Assembly (NCBI RefSeq): GCF_000009605.1
Contig: NC_002528.1
Location: forward strand, 480,001 to 512,000
DNA from: Buchnera aphidicola str. APS (Acyrthosiphon pisum)
Lineage (GTDB): Bacteria; Pseudomonadota; Gammaproteobacteria; Enterobacterales; Enterobacteriaceae
Direction of reading: 5' to 3'
Length of the DNA stretch: 32,000 nucleotides
Each line of letters starts with the position of its first letter. Within the stretch, counting starts at the first letter, position 1. Below, piece by piece: positions 20,778-31,375 of the stretch. Both the position numbers and the translations under genes were made by a program. The notes below the pieces were generated by a model. The model was not told where the DNA came from. It ran no database searches and worked only from the letters and a program-made list of their open reading frames with translations.

Positions 20778-22586
20778 ATGCTTATTTTATTAAAAAAAGC
20801 TGTAAAATTGAAAATTATACGTCCAATTGATTTTTATTTTTCTCAATTTATCGCACAAAAAAATAATATTGTTATGTTAGTTGCTGCTTGTGTAAGTTAT
20901 GAAAGCAGTAGAGGTTATATTTCTCTGCCAATTAAATATTTTGAAAAACATTATTTTTTTTCTAGTTCAAATGAAGTATTTATAAAAAAAATATTGACTC
21001 TTTTAGAAAAAAAAATAAATTGGCCCGTTGAGTTATTAAAACATGCATCTATTGGTAATGGTGGTACTTCTACACCTTTAGTTTTACATAAAAAAAAAAT
21101 ATATCTCTATAAAATGTGGAAATCTGAAAGTAATATTTTTAACTATTTATATACAAAAAATAAAAAAAATAAAATTAATCAAAAAAAATGCTCAAAAATA
21201 TTGGAAAATTTGTTTCCTCAAAAAAATATGAGTTTTCAGAAAATAGCGGTAGCATTAACTTTAATAAATAATATAACATTTATTATTGGTGGGCCCGGAA
21301 CTGGAAAAACTACTACTATATTGAAAATAATAATTGCATTAATAAAAAGTTCAAAAAAATCAATAAAAATTCAGTTATCTGCACCGACAGGAAAAGCGAC
21401 AACACATTTAAATGAAATTCTAAAAAACAATATCTTTGATCTGTATTTTTCTGAAAAAGAAAAGTGTTCTCTACCATCTACAGCTACAACTATACATCAA
21501 CTATTGGGTATTCAAAAAATATCACAAAAAAGTTTTTTTAATAAAAGTAACTGTTTAGATTTAGATGTTTTGATTATCGATGAAATCTCAATGGTAGACA
21601 TTTTAATGATGGAAAAAATATTATCTTCAATTTCAAAAAATACCAAGTTAATTTTTATAGGAGATCATAATCAATTAGGTCCAATAGAATCAGGTTCTAT
21701 TCTAAGAAAAATTTGTTATTACGCAAATGATGGATATAGCTTTAAATCTATGATTAGTATTGAAAAACTTACACAATATAAATTGTGTAAAAAAATAAAT
21801 AAAAAAACAACAAACTTTATTAGTGATAATATATGTGTTTTAAATAAAAACTACAGATTTAATAAAAATTCAGGTATTTATACGTTGTCTAATGCTATTT
21901 TTAAGAAAAAAACTAGGATCATTGAAAGTCTATTTGATAATTCGATAAAAAACATTTTTTTTTATGAAACTAACTCTTCTGAACAATATAAAAAAATGAT
22001 CAAAAATATATGTTTAAACTATGAAGATTTTTGGGAAAAAATATATAAAAAAGCGACAATGAAAGAAATAATAGAATCTTTTCAAAATTATCAAGTTTTG
22101 TGCATATTGCATGATGGTTTATTTGGTGTGAATATTATAAATAAAAAGTTAGAAGAAAATATGTATAAAAAAAATATTATAAAATATTTTTATATTGATG
22201 GAGAAGAATGGTATATAGGGAAACCTATTATGATTATTAATAATAATCGTGCTCTAAATGTATCAAATGGAAATATAGGTATTACTAACATCAATAAAAA
22301 TGGCATTTTACAAGTATCTTTTTTAAAAGAAAACAATACAATTAATAATATTCCTGTAAAGATATTAAGAAATTATAAAACTGCCTGGGCTATTACTGTT
22401 CATAAATCACAAGGTTCAGAATTTATGAATACAGCTTTAATACTACCTAATTTCAACTCTCATATTTTAAATAAAGACACTTTGTATACTGGTATAACAA
22501 GATCTCGAAAAATATTAAGTATTTTTTCAGATAAAAAAATTTTTTTAAATACTATTTTTAAAAATACGAATAAAATATTATTTTAA
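20778..22586 (+). CDS. recD: Exodeoxyribonuclease V alpha subunit RecD (helicase)
   Basis: 602 aa ORF: IIGGPGTGKTTT, SAPTGKATTH, LIIDEISMVD, GDHNQLGPIESGSIL, AWAITVHKSQGSE. Confidence 0.98.
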   Translation: MLILLKKAVKLKIIRPIDFYFSQFIAQKNNIVMLVAACVSYESSRGYISLPIKYFEKHYFFSSSNEVFIKKILTLLEKKINWPVELLKHASIGNGGTSTPLVLHKKKIYLYKMWKSESNIFNYLYTKNKKNKINQKKCSKILENLFPQKNMSFQKIAVALTLINNITFIIGGPGTGKTTTILKIIIALIKSSKKSIKIQLSAPTGKATTHLNEILKNNIFDLYFSEKEKCSLPSTATTIHQLLGIQKISQKSFFNKSNCLDLDVLIIDEISMVDILMMEKILSSISKNTKLIFIGDHNQLGPIESGSILRKICYYANDGYSFKSMISIEKLTQYKLCKKINKKTTNFISDNICVLNKNYRFNKNSGIYTLSNAIFKKKTRIIESLFDNSIKNIFFYETNSSEQYKKMIKNICLNYEDFWEKIYKKATMKEIIESFQNYQVLCILHDGLFGVNIINKKLEENMYKKNIIKYFYIDGEEWYIGKPIMIINNNRALNVSNGNIGITNINKNGILQVSFLKENNTINNIPVKILRNYKTAWAITVHKSQGSEFMNTALILPNFNSHILNKDTLYTGITRSRKILSIFSDKKIFLNTIFKNTNKILF

Positions 22587-22624
22587 TTTTAGTAATTTAT
22601 TTTTTTAATAATTCCTGAAAATAT

Positions 22625-23953
22625 TTAAATTACATCAATCATTAAAATTTTTGAACCACGCTGATAGTTATACATCTTCTTTTTACTTTCCGGTAAAACT
22701 TCAATGTCCACTAAAATAAAACCTCTTTCTTGAAACCAATGAATACTCTGGGTTGTTAATACAAAAATTCTTTTCAAGTGCATGTCTTTAGCGTTCATTT
22801 TAATTTTTTTTAACAATGCGTCCCCACGAGAAGAATTGCGATAATCGGGATGAACAGCTAGACAGGCCATTTCTCCTATTTTTTCCTTAAAAAAAGGATA
22901 TAACGCTGCACAAGCAATAGTTAAATTATCATGTTCAATAATAGTAAATTTATCTACTTCTATTTCTAATTGCTCTCGTGATCTACGAACTAAAATTCCT
23001 TTATGTTCTAATGGACGAATTAATTCTAATATTCCTCCAATATCATTAATACTAGCTCCTCTTATTTTTTCTGCTGATTCCATAACCATTTGAGTACCAA
23101 TACCATCACGAGAAAATAATTCTTGTAAAAGAGCTCCGCTTTTATGATAGCTAATTAAATGACTACGATTAACTCCACTCTTGCAGGCTTTTATTGATCC
23201 TTTTAAAAAACGAACAGTAGAGGAAATATAATCACCTTTTTTTTCCAATTTTTTAATTATATTTTTTATATCATTAGACAGTAATTCAGAAATAATTTTA
23301 CCTTCGTCATTAATCACTCCTTGATTACCACAAAAACCTATCATTTTTTCTGCTTTTAGTTCAATGCTAACTTGAGTAGCTATTTCTTCGGAAGTTAAAT
23401 TAAAACTTTCTCCTGTTACAGAAACAGCTACTGGACCAATTAAAACTATTGCTCCATTATTTAATTGACAATTAATTGCATTTTTATCAATCCTCCTAAC
23501 TCTGCCACTATGACAGTAGTCTACGCCATCATCAACTCCTAATGGTTGTGAAATAATAAAATTACCACTAACCACGCTAATATTTGCTCCTTGAAGAGGG
23601 GTGTTAGTTAAACTCATCGACAAACGTGCGGTAATGTCAAGTTGCAATTTTCCTGCAGCCTGTTTCACTTGCTCCAAAGATGCTAAATCAGTAATACGTA
23701 TAGATTTATGATAAATTATTTTGATATTTTTTTCTTTTAAACTAGTATTAATTTGAGGACAAGCGCCGTATACAACTACCAAACGAATGCCTAAACTATG
23801 TAATAATCCTATATCATTAATGATACTATAAAAATTTCCATATTTGATCGCTTCACCACCTAACATTATTACAAACGTTTTACCTCGATGAGCATTAATG
23901 TAAGGAACGCTGTGACGAAAACCCTGAACTAATTCAGTATTACGTTCTTTCAT
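22625..23953 (-). CDS. argA: N-acetylglutamate synthase (amino-acid N-acetyltransferase)
   Basis: 442 aa ORF near-colinear with E. coli ArgA: [76 protein letters not shown]-like [12 protein letters not shown]. Convergent with recD. Confidence 0.98.
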   Translation of the reverse strand: MKERNTELVQGFRHSVPYINAHRGKTFVIMLGGEAIKYGNFYSIINDIGLLHSLGIRLVVVYGACPQINTSLKEKNIKIIYHKSIRITDLASLEQVKQAAGKLQLDITARLSMSLTNTPLQGANISVVSGNFIISQPLGVDDGVDYCHSGRVRRIDKNAINCQLNNGAIVLIGPVAVSVTGESFNLTSEEIATQVSIELKAEKMIGFCGNQGVINDEGKIISELLSNDIKNIIKKLEKKGDYISSTVRFLKGSIKACKSGVNRSHLISYHKSGALLQELFSRDGIGTQMVMESAEKIRGASINDIGGILELIRPLEHKGILVRRSREQLEIEVDKFTIIEHDNLTIACAALYPFFKEKIGEMACLAVHPDYRNSSRGDALLKKIKMNAKDMHLKRIFVLTTQSIHWFQERGFILVDIEVLPESKKKMYNYQRGSKILMIDVI

Positions 23954-24135
23954 ATCAATCCTCTTGCATTTTTAATGCAATATATATATTATTTTTTTGT
24001 TAATTTAATTTTTATCATCTCGGACAAGATAATATTAAAATTCTGAAAGGTTTTTTTGAATAATTTGAAAAAAGACAGGGTTGAATTAATTTTTTTAGAA
24101 TAATTATAATTTTAATAATTATAATTTTAATATAT

Positions 24136-24212
<77 letters not shown>

Positions 24213-24320
24213 CCTGTATTAATATACATATTACACTTTTATAAAAAAATTGCAATAATTTTTATAAAAAAATTGTTAATTAAAAATATTTTATTAATCA
24301 ATAAGTTTGAATATATAAAA

Positions 24321-25400
24321 ATGCAAAAAAAAATCATTAAAACAATAATATTTTTTAGTTTATTTTTTTTATTTGAAAAATCATATGCATATATAAATAT
24401 CAATCAAGGACAACAGTATGAAAAAAAACTCATTCAAAATTTGACAAAAATAAAGCAAATAAATATTAAAAAAAAAATAATTAATGCAGAATCATTTTAT
24501 ATTCAAGTGGAAAAAATAAAAAAATTTTCTCCATCTTTATATTTAAAAAATGAGTCTACTTATAAAACAATTTTAAAATGGTTGAAAAAAAACTCTAATA
24601 TTAATGAACTTAATGAATTTGGAATCAATTTATTTCAAATGAAAGGGATAGATAACTATGGTAATGTTAAAATAACTGGATATTATACCCCAATAGTACA
24701 AGCTAGAAAAATTAAAAAAAATAACTTTAAATATCCGATATATTCTATGCCTTATCATCTAAAAAAAAATGAACCTTTACCAAAAAGAAAAGATATATAT
24801 AATGGAGTTTTAGATAAAAAATATATTTTAGCTTATAGTAATTCTTTAATAGATAACTTTATTATGGAAATTCAAGGTAGTGCATTTATAGATTATGGAA
24901 ATAAGAAAAAATTAATATTTTTTAGCTACGCAGGAAAAAATGGTTGGCCCTATAAATCAATTGGACAAATCCTTATAAATCGAGGTGATATAGAAAAAAA
25001 AAATATGTCTATGCAGGCTATTAATAAATGGTTTACAAAACACACAAACAAAGAAATACAAGATTTATTTGAAAAAAATGAATCCTTTGTGTTCTTTAAA
25101 GAAACAAAAAAAAAACAGGTATATGGAGCAAGTGCTGTACCATTAATAGCGCAAACATCAGTAGCAGCTGATAATTCTATAATCAAAAAAGGAAGTGTAA
25201 TTTTATTAAAAATACCAATACTTGATCAAAATGGTGTGTTTTTAAATAAATATGAAATGCGTTTAGTAATTGCTTTAGATGTAGGAGGTGCAATTAAAGG
25301 CCATCATTTTGATATTTATGAAGGAATTGGTACAAAAGCATCTATACTATCAGGTTATTATAATCATTATGGATATGCTTGGATACTGAATAAAAAATAA
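24321..25400 (+). CDS. mltA: Membrane-bound lytic murein transglycosylase A homologue (lipobox absent)
   Basis: C-terminal catalytic region [20 protein letters not shown]...[12 protein letters not shown] and QGSAFIDYG. The likely start is ATG 24321 ([16 protein letters not shown]), not the track start at 24273. Confidence 0.93.
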
Positions 25401-25438
25401 TTAATTATATCAATTTAAATAATAAGAAAATATAAAAA

Positions 25439-25921
25439 ATGAATATAATCCAATCAGGAATTACAGCTGAAAACTCATCTATTGCTATAATAATTGCTCG
25501 ATTTAATGAATTTATTAATAAAAATTTATTACTAGGAGCACTAGATACCTTGAAAAGAATAGGTCAGGTACACGAAGAGAACATCTTAAAAATATATGTT
25601 CCTGGAACATATGAAATACCAACTATTGCAAGTTATATCGCAAAATCTGGAAAATATGATGCGATCATCGCTATAGGAACAATTATAAAAGGACAAACTG
25701 ATCATTTTAAATATATCGCTAATGATACTAGTAGTAGTCTTTCTAGAATTAGCGCTCAATATTTTTTACCTATTACACTAGGGATACTAACAACTAAAAA
25801 CATTGAGCAGTCAATTGAAAGATCTGGAACAAAAATGGGAAACAAAGGATCTGATGCCGCTTTAGCCGCATTAGAAATGATTAATGTTATGAAAAAATTA
25901 AAAAAAGTAATATATTATTAA
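25439..25921 (+). CDS. ribE: 6,7-dimethyl-8-ribityllumazine synthase
   Basis: 160 aa ORF: MNIIQSGITAE...IIIARFNEFINKNLLLGALDTLKRIGQV...VPGTYEIP...AIGTIIKGQTDHF...GNKGSDAALAALEM. Confidence 0.96.
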   Translation: MNIIQSGITAENSSIAIIIARFNEFINKNLLLGALDTLKRIGQVHEENILKIYVPGTYEIPTIASYIAKSGKYDAIIAIGTIIKGQTDHFKYIANDTSSSLSRISAQYFLPITLGILTTKNIEQSIERSGTKMGNKGSDAALAALEMINVMKKLKKVIYY

Positions 25922-25950
25922 ACATCTATTTTAATATTCAACTATTTATA

Positions 25951-26922
25951 ATGAAATATACTGAATTTGAAATTATATCAAAATACTTTAAACGTAATCA
26001 AAAAAAAGATGTTAATGAAATTAAAGGTATTGGAGATGATAGTGCTTTAATAAAAATACCAAAAAATAATATTCTTGCAATTAGTACTGATACACTAGTT
26101 GAAGGAACTCATTTTTTAAAAAATATATCTCCTGAAGATTTAGGATATAAAACAGTAGCAGTTAATCTCAGTGATCTTGCTGCTATGGGTGCTGAACCCA
26201 AGTGGACAACATTATCTATTACAATGCCTGAATCTAATAATATATGGCTAAAAAAATTTAGTAGCAGTTTTTTTAAAATATTAAACAAGTATAATGTACG
26301 ATTAATTGGTGGCGATACAAACCGCGGATCATTAAGCATCACTTTAAGTATGTATGGGTTACTAAAAAAACAGATTGCATTGCTAAGAAGTAATGCTAAT
26401 ATAGGAGATTTGATTTATGTAACTGGAACTCTTGGGGAAAGTGCAGCCGGTTTATTTTTACTTAAAAAAAATATTTTTATAAAAAACGTAAATATACGAA
26501 ATTATTTGATTAAAAAACATTTAAATCCTATACCCAGAGTTTCTGAAGGTATGGCTCTTAGAAAAATTGCAAATGCAGCTATTGATTTATCAGACGGATT
26601 AATTGCCGATTTAGATCACATATTAAATGATAGTCAATGCGGAGCAAATATTAATTTAAATAAAATTCCTATTTCAAAAGTTTTAATTGACAACTTTCAA
26701 AGTCAAAATTATCTGAATTGGGCATTAAATGTAGGAGAAGATTATGAGTTATGTTTTACTATCTCAAAAAAAAATATAGATAAACTAAAAATAATCAAAA
26801 AAAAATTCTTAGTAAATTTCACATGTATTGGATACATTACACCTATTGAACAAGGTTTTAATTTATTTGATAACCAAAAGAAAATTATCTTTAAAAAAAA
26901 AGGTTTTAATCACTTTGATTAA
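25951..26922 (+). CDS. thiL: Thiamine-monophosphate kinase
   Basis: 323 aa ORF: EFEIISKYF, GIGDDSALI, TDTLVEGTHFL, VNLSDLAAMGAEPKW, GGDTNRG, IDLSDGLIADLDHI. Confidence 0.97.
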   Translation: MKYTEFEIISKYFKRNQKKDVNEIKGIGDDSALIKIPKNNILAISTDTLVEGTHFLKNISPEDLGYKTVAVNLSDLAAMGAEPKWTTLSITMPESNNIWLKKFSSSFFKILNKYNVRLIGGDTNRGSLSITLSMYGLLKKQIALLRSNANIGDLIYVTGTLGESAAGLFLLKKNIFIKNVNIRNYLIKKHLNPIPRVSEGMALRKIANAAIDLSDGLIADLDHILNDSQCGANINLNKIPISKVLIDNFQSQNYLNWALNVGEDYELCFTISKKNIDKLKIIKKKFLVNFTCIGYITPIEQGFNLFDNQKKIIFKKKGFNHFD

Positions 26923-26959
26923 AAGTTTATAAAAAATTTAAAAAATATGTTGGTTAAAT

Positions 26960-27403
26960 ATGAACGATATATTTTACATGAAAAGAGCAATAGAACTTAG
27001 TAAATTAGGTGAATTTACTACAGCACCAAATCCTAATGTAGGATGTGTTATTGTCAAAAATAACATAATTGTTGGTGAAGGATGGCATGAACAAGCAGGA
27101 AAAAATCATGCAGAAATTAATGCATTAATTATGGCTGGAGAAAAAGCACAAGGAGGAACAGCTTATGTAACATTAGAACCATGTAATCATTTTGGTAAAA
27201 CCCCTCCATGCTGTAATGCACTCATTAAATCTGGAATTAATCGTGTTGTCATTTCTAATATAGATCCTAATCCTAAAATTTCTGGTAATGGAATACTATA
27301 TTTAAAAAAACACGGTATTTGTGTAAAAACAGGTTTGCTATCAAAAGAATCAAAACAATATAATAAAGGGTTTTTTAAAAGAATGAAAACTGGATTTCCA
27401 TGA
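26960..27403 (+). CDS. ribD: Diaminohydroxyphosphoribosylaminopyrimidine deaminase (N-terminal half of RibD)
   Basis: 147 aa ORF: MKRAIELSKLGEFTTAPNPNVGCVIVKN, HAEINAL, VTLEPCNHFGKTPPC. Ends ...KRMKTGFP then TGA (27401-27403). Confidence 0.95.
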   Translation: MNDIFYMKRAIELSKLGEFTTAPNPNVGCVIVKNNIIVGEGWHEQAGKNHAEINALIMAGEKAQGGTAYVTLEPCNHFGKTPPCCNALIKSGINRVVISNIDPNPKISGNGILYLKKHGICVKTGLLSKESKQYNKGFFKRMKTGFP

Positions 27404-28069
27404 ATACAGCTTAAAATAGCTATATCAATCGATGGAAGAATTGCAATGAGAAACGGCGATAGTAAATGGATTACTTCAAAACAGGCGCGTCAAGATGTTC
27501 AAAAATTTCGAGCAAAAAGTTCAGTAATTCTAAGTAGCAGTTCTACTATTTTAAGTGATAATCCTTTATTAAACGTACGATATAAAGAGCTTGATAAAAA
27601 AACACTATCTATTTTCCCTAATAAAATATTTCAACATCCAATAAGAGTAATTATAGATAGCAAAAATCGTGTTCAACCGTCACATAATATTATTAAAACA
27701 AAAGGGAAAATTTGGTTAATTAGATTAAAATCTGATAGAAAAATATGGCCTAAAAATACAACTCAAATTATAGAAAAAGATCATAATAAAAAAATTAATA
27801 TATTTTCTCTTTTAAAATTCTTAGGACAGTCAGAAATTAACAATGTTTGGATAGAAGCTGGCAGTACTTTATCGGGATTCTTATTAAATTCATATTTAAT
27901 TGATGAATTAATTATATATATGGCTCCTAAAATACTTGGACATGAAGCAAAACCATTATGTATGATTTATGAAAAATTAAAAATATCGAACTCTCTTCAA
28001 TTCAAGTTTAAAAATATTTGTCAAATAGGTCCCGATATAAGATTAATCTTATCTCCCAAAAAAATATAA
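27404..28069 (+). CDS. ribD: 5-amino-6-(5-phosphoribosylamino)uracil reductase (C-terminal half of RibD); start codon uncertain
   Basis: Same frame as the upstream half after the TGA: [40 protein letters not shown]...[13 protein letters not shown]. First in-frame ATG is at 27446. Confidence 0.88.
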   Translation: MQLKIAISIDGRIAMRNGDSKWITSKQARQDVQKFRAKSSVILSSSSTILSDNPLLNVRYKELDKKTLSIFPNKIFQHPIRVIIDSKNRVQPSHNIIKTKGKIWLIRLKSDRKIWPKNTTQIIEKDHNKKINIFSLLKFLGQSEINNVWIEAGSTLSGFLLNSYLIDELIIYMAPKILGHEAKPLCMIYEKLKISNSLQFKFKNICQIGPDIRLILSPKKI

Positions 28070-28105
28070 TACTAATATATTAAATATATAAGAGAAATTT
28101 TATTT

Positions 28106-28537
28106 ATGAAACCATCTTTTCGAAGAAAAGCACGCGCATGTGCATTACAAGTATTGTATTCTTGGGAAATATCTCATAACAATATTAAAGAAAGTGCCAT
28201 CTATTTTTTAAAAGAAAAAAATAAAAAAAATATTGATATTGTATACTTTTATGAATTAATTATTGGAATTACATACGACTGTAAAAATATAGATAATTTA
28301 ATGAAACCTTATTTATTTAGATCATTAAAAGAATTAGGACATATTGAAAGGGCAATTCTTAGAATTTCATTTTATGAATTACATAAAAGAAATGATATAC
28401 CTTATAAAGTTTCAATTAATGAAGGTATTGAACTAGCTAAATTATTTGGTTCTGAAGATAGTCATAAATTTATCAATGGTGTTTTAGATAAAGCAGTATT
28501 TAAAATGGGATATAACAAAAAAGTTGTTATCGCATAA
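28106..28537 (+). CDS. nusB: Transcription antitermination protein NusB
   Basis: 143 aa ORF: [18 protein letters not shown]..., [45 protein letters not shown]. Confidence 0.97.
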   Translation: MKPSFRRKARACALQVLYSWEISHNNIKESAIYFLKEKNKKNIDIVYFYELIIGITYDCKNIDNLMKPYLFRSLKELGHIERAILRISFYELHKRNDIPYKVSINEGIELAKLFGSEDSHKFINGVLDKAVFKMGYNKKVVIA

Positions 28538-28591
28538 TCATATGATAAAAAATCATATCTATTCTATACTATACTATTAATATTTTTTATA

Positions 28592-30418
28592 TTATTGTCT
28601 TAGCCAATAAAATATTTGTTTATAGATACCTTCAGAATCTAATTTATAGACATGTCTAATTTCTTCTTGCGTGCCTTGAGGGATAAATGTATCCGGTAGT
28701 CCAATATTTAAAACTGGCAGAAAAATCTTATTTACCATAATGAATTCGTTAACAGCACTGCCTGCTCCACCAGAAATAACACCTTCTTCAAGAGTGATAA
28801 AGAATTTATTTTGAGAAGATAATTTCAAAATCATACTTTTATCTAAAGGCTTAACAAAACGCATATCAACTAATGTTGCATCTAACTTTTCTGCTGCACA
28901 ATAAGCATTGTGCAACAAAATACCAAAATTTAAAATAGCTATTTTTTTACCTCTTCTTTTTATAAGAGATTTTCCTATTGGAATTCTATTCATAGGCATT
29001 AATAATTCTCCTACACCGTATCCTTTAGGATATCTTACTACACTAGGACCCTTATTATGCATATAGCCAGTATAAAGCATTTGACGACATTCGTTTTCAT
29101 TGCTAGGTGTCATAATAACTATACCTGGAATACACCTTAGATAAGCTAGATCAAAAACTCCCTGATGAGTTTGACCATCATTCCCAACAATCCCAGCTCT
29201 ATCGACAGCAAACAAAACAGATAGTTTTTGTAAAGCTATGTCATGTATAAGTTGATCATAAGCTCTTTGAAAAAAAGTAGAATAAATTGAAACAACTGGT
29301 TTATAGCCACTAATTGCAAGACCTGCTGCAAAAGTAACTGCATGTTGTTCAGCAATAGCAACATCAAAATATTGATTTGGAAAGAGACGAGAAAATTTCA
29401 CCATTCCAGACCCTTCACACATTGCAGGTGTGATAGCTATTAATTTTTTATCAAATGCAGCTATTTCACAAAGCCAGGTACCAAAAACATCTGAATAACT
29501 AAGAGATTTTGAAACTGATGAATCACGTGAAGATATTGTATGCCATTTGATAGGATTTAGCTCAGCAGGAAGATAACCTTTTCCTTTTTTAGTTACAAGA
29601 TGCAATAAATACGTACCTTTTTTATTCTTGATTTTTTTTAATGTATTAATAATAGAAAAAATATTATGCCCATCAAATGGTCCTAAATACTTACATCCTA
29701 AATTAGAAAAAATTGAATTAAAAGATATAGAATGATTTTGAATTCGTTTATCTTTAAAAAATAGCTTCTTATTCAATAAACGTATTTTTTTTCGGTTTTT
29801 TTGAGTATTTTGAACACTTCTTAAAATTTTTAAATGCTTGTTTAAAGCTCCGACGTTTCTTGAAATAGACATTTGATTATCATTCAATATAACTAATAAA
29901 TTAGATTGTATTTCACCAGCATGGTTTATAGCTTCAAATGCCATACCAGCAGTCATTGCACCATCACCAATAATACATATAGTTTTTCTATTTCTACCTT
30001 CTTTTTCAGCTGCAATAGACATTCCTAAACCTGCGCTGATTGAAGTAGAAGAATGACCGACACTTAAAGAATCATATTCACTTTCTTCTCGACAAGGGAA
30101 AGAATGTAATCCATTTTTTTTTCTAATACTGTTTATTTTTTCACCTCTACCAGTCAATATTTTATGAGGATATGCCTGATGCCCTGTATCCCATAATAAA
30201 TTATCAAATGGGGTATTATACACATAATGAAGAGCTACAGTAATTTCTACTACACCTAATCCAGAAGCAAAGTGTCCTTTAGAAATACTCACTACGTCTA
30301 ACAAGTATTCTCGTAGTTCAAAACATAATTGTGGCAACTGTTCGACACTTAAAAGTCGTAAATTTTCTACTGAATTAGCAAAAGATAAAATTGGATATTT
30401 GTTAAAATTAAAATTCAT
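28592..30418 (-). CDS. dxs: 1-deoxy-D-xylulose-5-phosphate synthase
   Basis: 608 aa ORF: [61 protein letters not shown]. Confidence 0.98.
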
Positions 30419-30437
30419 TAGATACTCATTATTAAAT

Positions 30438-31333
30438 TTATTTCATACATTTGATGATAAATTTTATTAATTTTTCTAGTATGTTGGTATTGAAATTTTT
30501 TTTTTTAAACTATTTAATGCTAAAAATGATTTCTTATGTAATTGTTTTATTTTTTTTCTTGATTCATCTAAACCTATTATTAATGGATAAGTATGTTTTT
30601 TAATAATTTTTTTATTGTCTGTTTTTACACTATCTTTTTTAAAATCTAAAATATCATCCTGAATTTGAAATGCCAAACCAATAGAAATCGAAAAAAGATC
30701 TAATATTGATAATATAGATTTAGAAAAATTATTAGAAGAAAAATATACTAAACGTACAGCAGAACGCATTAAAAAAGAAGTTTTATATAAATTAATTATT
30801 TCTAATTCAGATAAATTTACATCTTTTTTTTCTGCTTCTAAATCTAAATTTTGACCCATGCACATCCCAGATGAACCAATGGAATAAGATAATTCAGAAA
30901 TCATTTTTATACGTTTTAAATTAGATACATTTGGCATAAAACTGTTTGATAGAATATTAAACGCAAGACTTTGCAAAGCATCACCAGCAAGTAAAGAAGT
31001 ACTTTCACCGTATTTTACATGACAAGATATCTTTCCTCTTCTAAAATTATCATTATCCATACAGGGTAAGTCATCATGTATTAAAGAGTATGAATGAATA
31101 AATTCGATGGCAGTAGATATAACATCTAATGTAGTAATATTAACTTTAAAAACATCTCCAGTTGAATATATTAAAGATGAACGCAATCTTTTACTACCTG
31201 AAAATACACTATATTTCATTGCTTTTAAAAGACTTGATTTTTGAAAAGGCAACTGATTTAATGTATAAAATAATTTTTGATTAATACGATGTTTGTATCT
31301 CTCATATAGATGAAAAAAATGCATATTTAGCAC
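30438..31333 (-). CDS. ispA: Farnesyl diphosphate synthase (geranyltranstransferase), C-terminus frameshifted
   Basis: [22 protein letters not shown] and [11 protein letters not shown] prenyltransferase motifs. The track ORF stops at 30476. A +1 shift at the T11 run (A11 in the coding sense) 30496-30506 restores [19 protein letters not shown] to the TAA at 30438-30440, giving about 298 aa as expected. Confidence 0.93.
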
Positions 31334-31375
31334 CTAAAAAAATAAATATTTATTATATATAAAAATTTGATTATA

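Noticed and set aside
22625-23953. Possibility that ArgA is a feedback-insensitive version to overproduce arginine for the host
   Set aside because: The segments where I recall E. coli feedback-resistant mutations (FRHSVPY, HSLGIR, YNYQR) look conserved here, so the sequence gives no support for deregulation.
24050-24072. ARG-box-like sequence TTTTGAATAATTTGAAAA upstream of argA
   Set aside because: Only a weak resemblance to the ArgR consensus, likely by chance in AT-rich DNA. ArgR is generally absent from such genomes.
24273-24320. N-terminal extension of MltA ([16 protein letters not shown])
   Set aside because: Starting at ATG 24321 gives a normal signal-peptide N-terminus ([12 protein letters not shown]); the 16-residue extension would disrupt it.
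24950-26342. Minus-strand ORFs 24950-25186 and 26109-26342
   Set aside because: They are antisense to mltA and thiL and show no domain or motif signal.
27404-27406. UGA reassigned to tryptophan/tyrosine as explanation for the ribD stop
   Set aside because: recC ends naturally at TGA (17229-17231), and tryptophans in the window are encoded by TGG, so global reassignment is unsupported. Only local readthrough remains possible.
28540-28558. Small palindrome ATATGAT-AAAAA-ATCATAT between nusB and dxs as a terminator
   Set aside because: 7-bp all-weak stem apart from one G-C pair, with no clear T-run on either strand. Too weak in this base composition.
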